DNA from: Vermamoeba vermiformis
Lineage: Eukaryota
NCBI GenBank assembly: GCA_045837725.1
Contig: JBEWZL010000294.1
Coordinates: 310,001-331,490, forward strand
Direction of reading: 5' to 3'
DNA length: 21,490 nt
The position numbers and the translations under genes are program-made. The notes beneath the pieces are model-generated. The model was not told the origin of the DNA. It did no database searches and worked only from the letters and a program-made list of their open reading frames with translations. Shown in pieces: positions 20,615 to 21,490 of the stretch (position 1 is the stretch's first letter; each line of letters starts with the position of its first letter).

Positions 20615-21266
20615 TGCCCCCGTCCGCCAGGGGGACGGGGGCACGTTATCAACCCATGCTACACTGGGAAGGTAAATAGTACCTAACCTGCCAGGTTCAG
20701 CCTGAGGTATACCCAGTTATAAAATTGATGGATACCCGTCCGCCTGGCGGACGGGGGTATATTTATTTAATAGGACCCCGTCCGCCAGGGGGACGGGGGT
20801 ATATTAATTTAATAAGGACCCGTCCGCCTGGCGGACGGGGGTGCTGTATCCACCTCGGGATCGCTGTCATGTACCTTTACCTCCTGCATCAGGTTTGTAG
20901 CAAATACCTCAACCTGATAGGTTCAGCATCAGGTACATACTCAATGCTAATGCATAACCTCAACCTCACTAGGTACTTACTTTATACCTGACCTGTGTGG
21001 TTCAGCCTCAGGTATGTTGGGCTTGAAATACTTGATGGATACCTGTCCGCCAGGGGGATGGGGGTATATTTATTTAATAGGACCCCGTCCGCCAGGGGGA
21101 CGGGGGGGGGGCATAAAGCCAATTACAAGTATCAGCAACCTCGTGCGGCTGATTCCGCATTGAGGTCAGGTTGGAAAGTAGTACCTAACCTTTCAGGTTC
21201 AGCCTCAGAAATCCACAAATTACAAAATTGGTTGATACCCGTCCGCCAGGGGGATGGGGGTATATT
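20615..21266 (+). repeat. subtelomeric telomere-associated repeat array built from two palindromic motifs
   Basis: Seven copies of CCYGTCCGCC(A/T)GG(G/C)GGAYGGGG (near 20616, 20735, 20776, 20819, 21042, 21083, 21238) interleaved with TACCT-AACCT..AGGTTCAGC.T.AGGTA motifs (near 20680, 20905, 20985, 21182). Confidence 0.9.
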
Positions 21267-21490
21267 TTAGGGTTAGGGTTAGGGTTAGGGTTAGGGTTAG
21301 GGTTAGGGTTAGGGTTAGGGTTAGGGTTAGGGTTAGGGTTAGGGTTAGGGTTAGGGTTAGGGTTAGGGTTAGGGTTAGGGTTAGGGTTAGGGTTAGGGTT
21401 AGGGTTAGGGTTAGGGTTAGGGTTAGGGTTAGGGTTAGGGTTAGGGTTAGGGTTAGGGTTAGGGTTAGGGTTAGGGTTAGGGTTAGGGTT
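21267..21490 (+). repeat. telomere (TTAGGG)n
   Basis: 37 perfect TTAGGG units plus TT to the end of the window, G-rich strand running 5'->3' toward the end. Confidence 0.99.

Noticed and set aside
20615-21266. CRISPR-like appearance (palindromic repeats with spacers)
   Set aside because: Eukaryotic telomeric context, spacers are themselves repeated and irregular in length, and no cas genes are present.
20725-21270. ORFs 20725-20991 and 20995-21270 (RPPGGRG repeats)
   Set aside because: They are translations of the palindromic DNA repeats with no independent coding evidence.

Overview
Right end of a eukaryotic chromosome from a compact, intron-rich genome (protist-like; the organism cannot be fixed from the sequence). 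Introns are mostly ~45-65 nt with GTAAGT/GTACGT donors and CTAAY-type branch points. In order: the 3' part of a GRIP-domain golgin (+), tRNA-Trp(CCA) plus a degenerate tRNA-like element, an intronless Cys-rich secreted protein (-), ECM29 (-, ~20 introns), a small EF-hand protein, a RhoGAP, elongator tRNA-Met, two tandem atypical Ras-like GTPase genes, a decayed ubiquitin copy, a Pro-rich probably GPI-anchored surface protein, a truncated TET/JBP-like ORF, ~1 kb of hairpin-rich subtelomeric repeats and the (TTAGGG)n telomere. Most interesting: (1) the second Ras paralogue has an intact spliced frame but a GTG where its twin has ATG, only 25 nt after the first gene's stop; (2) the tRNA-Trp has a 4-bp anticodon stem, a feature linked elsewhere to UGA readthrough; (3) a modular GC-palindrome array abuts the telomere. 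All gene models were spliced by eye and all family calls rest on motif recognition, not database searches.
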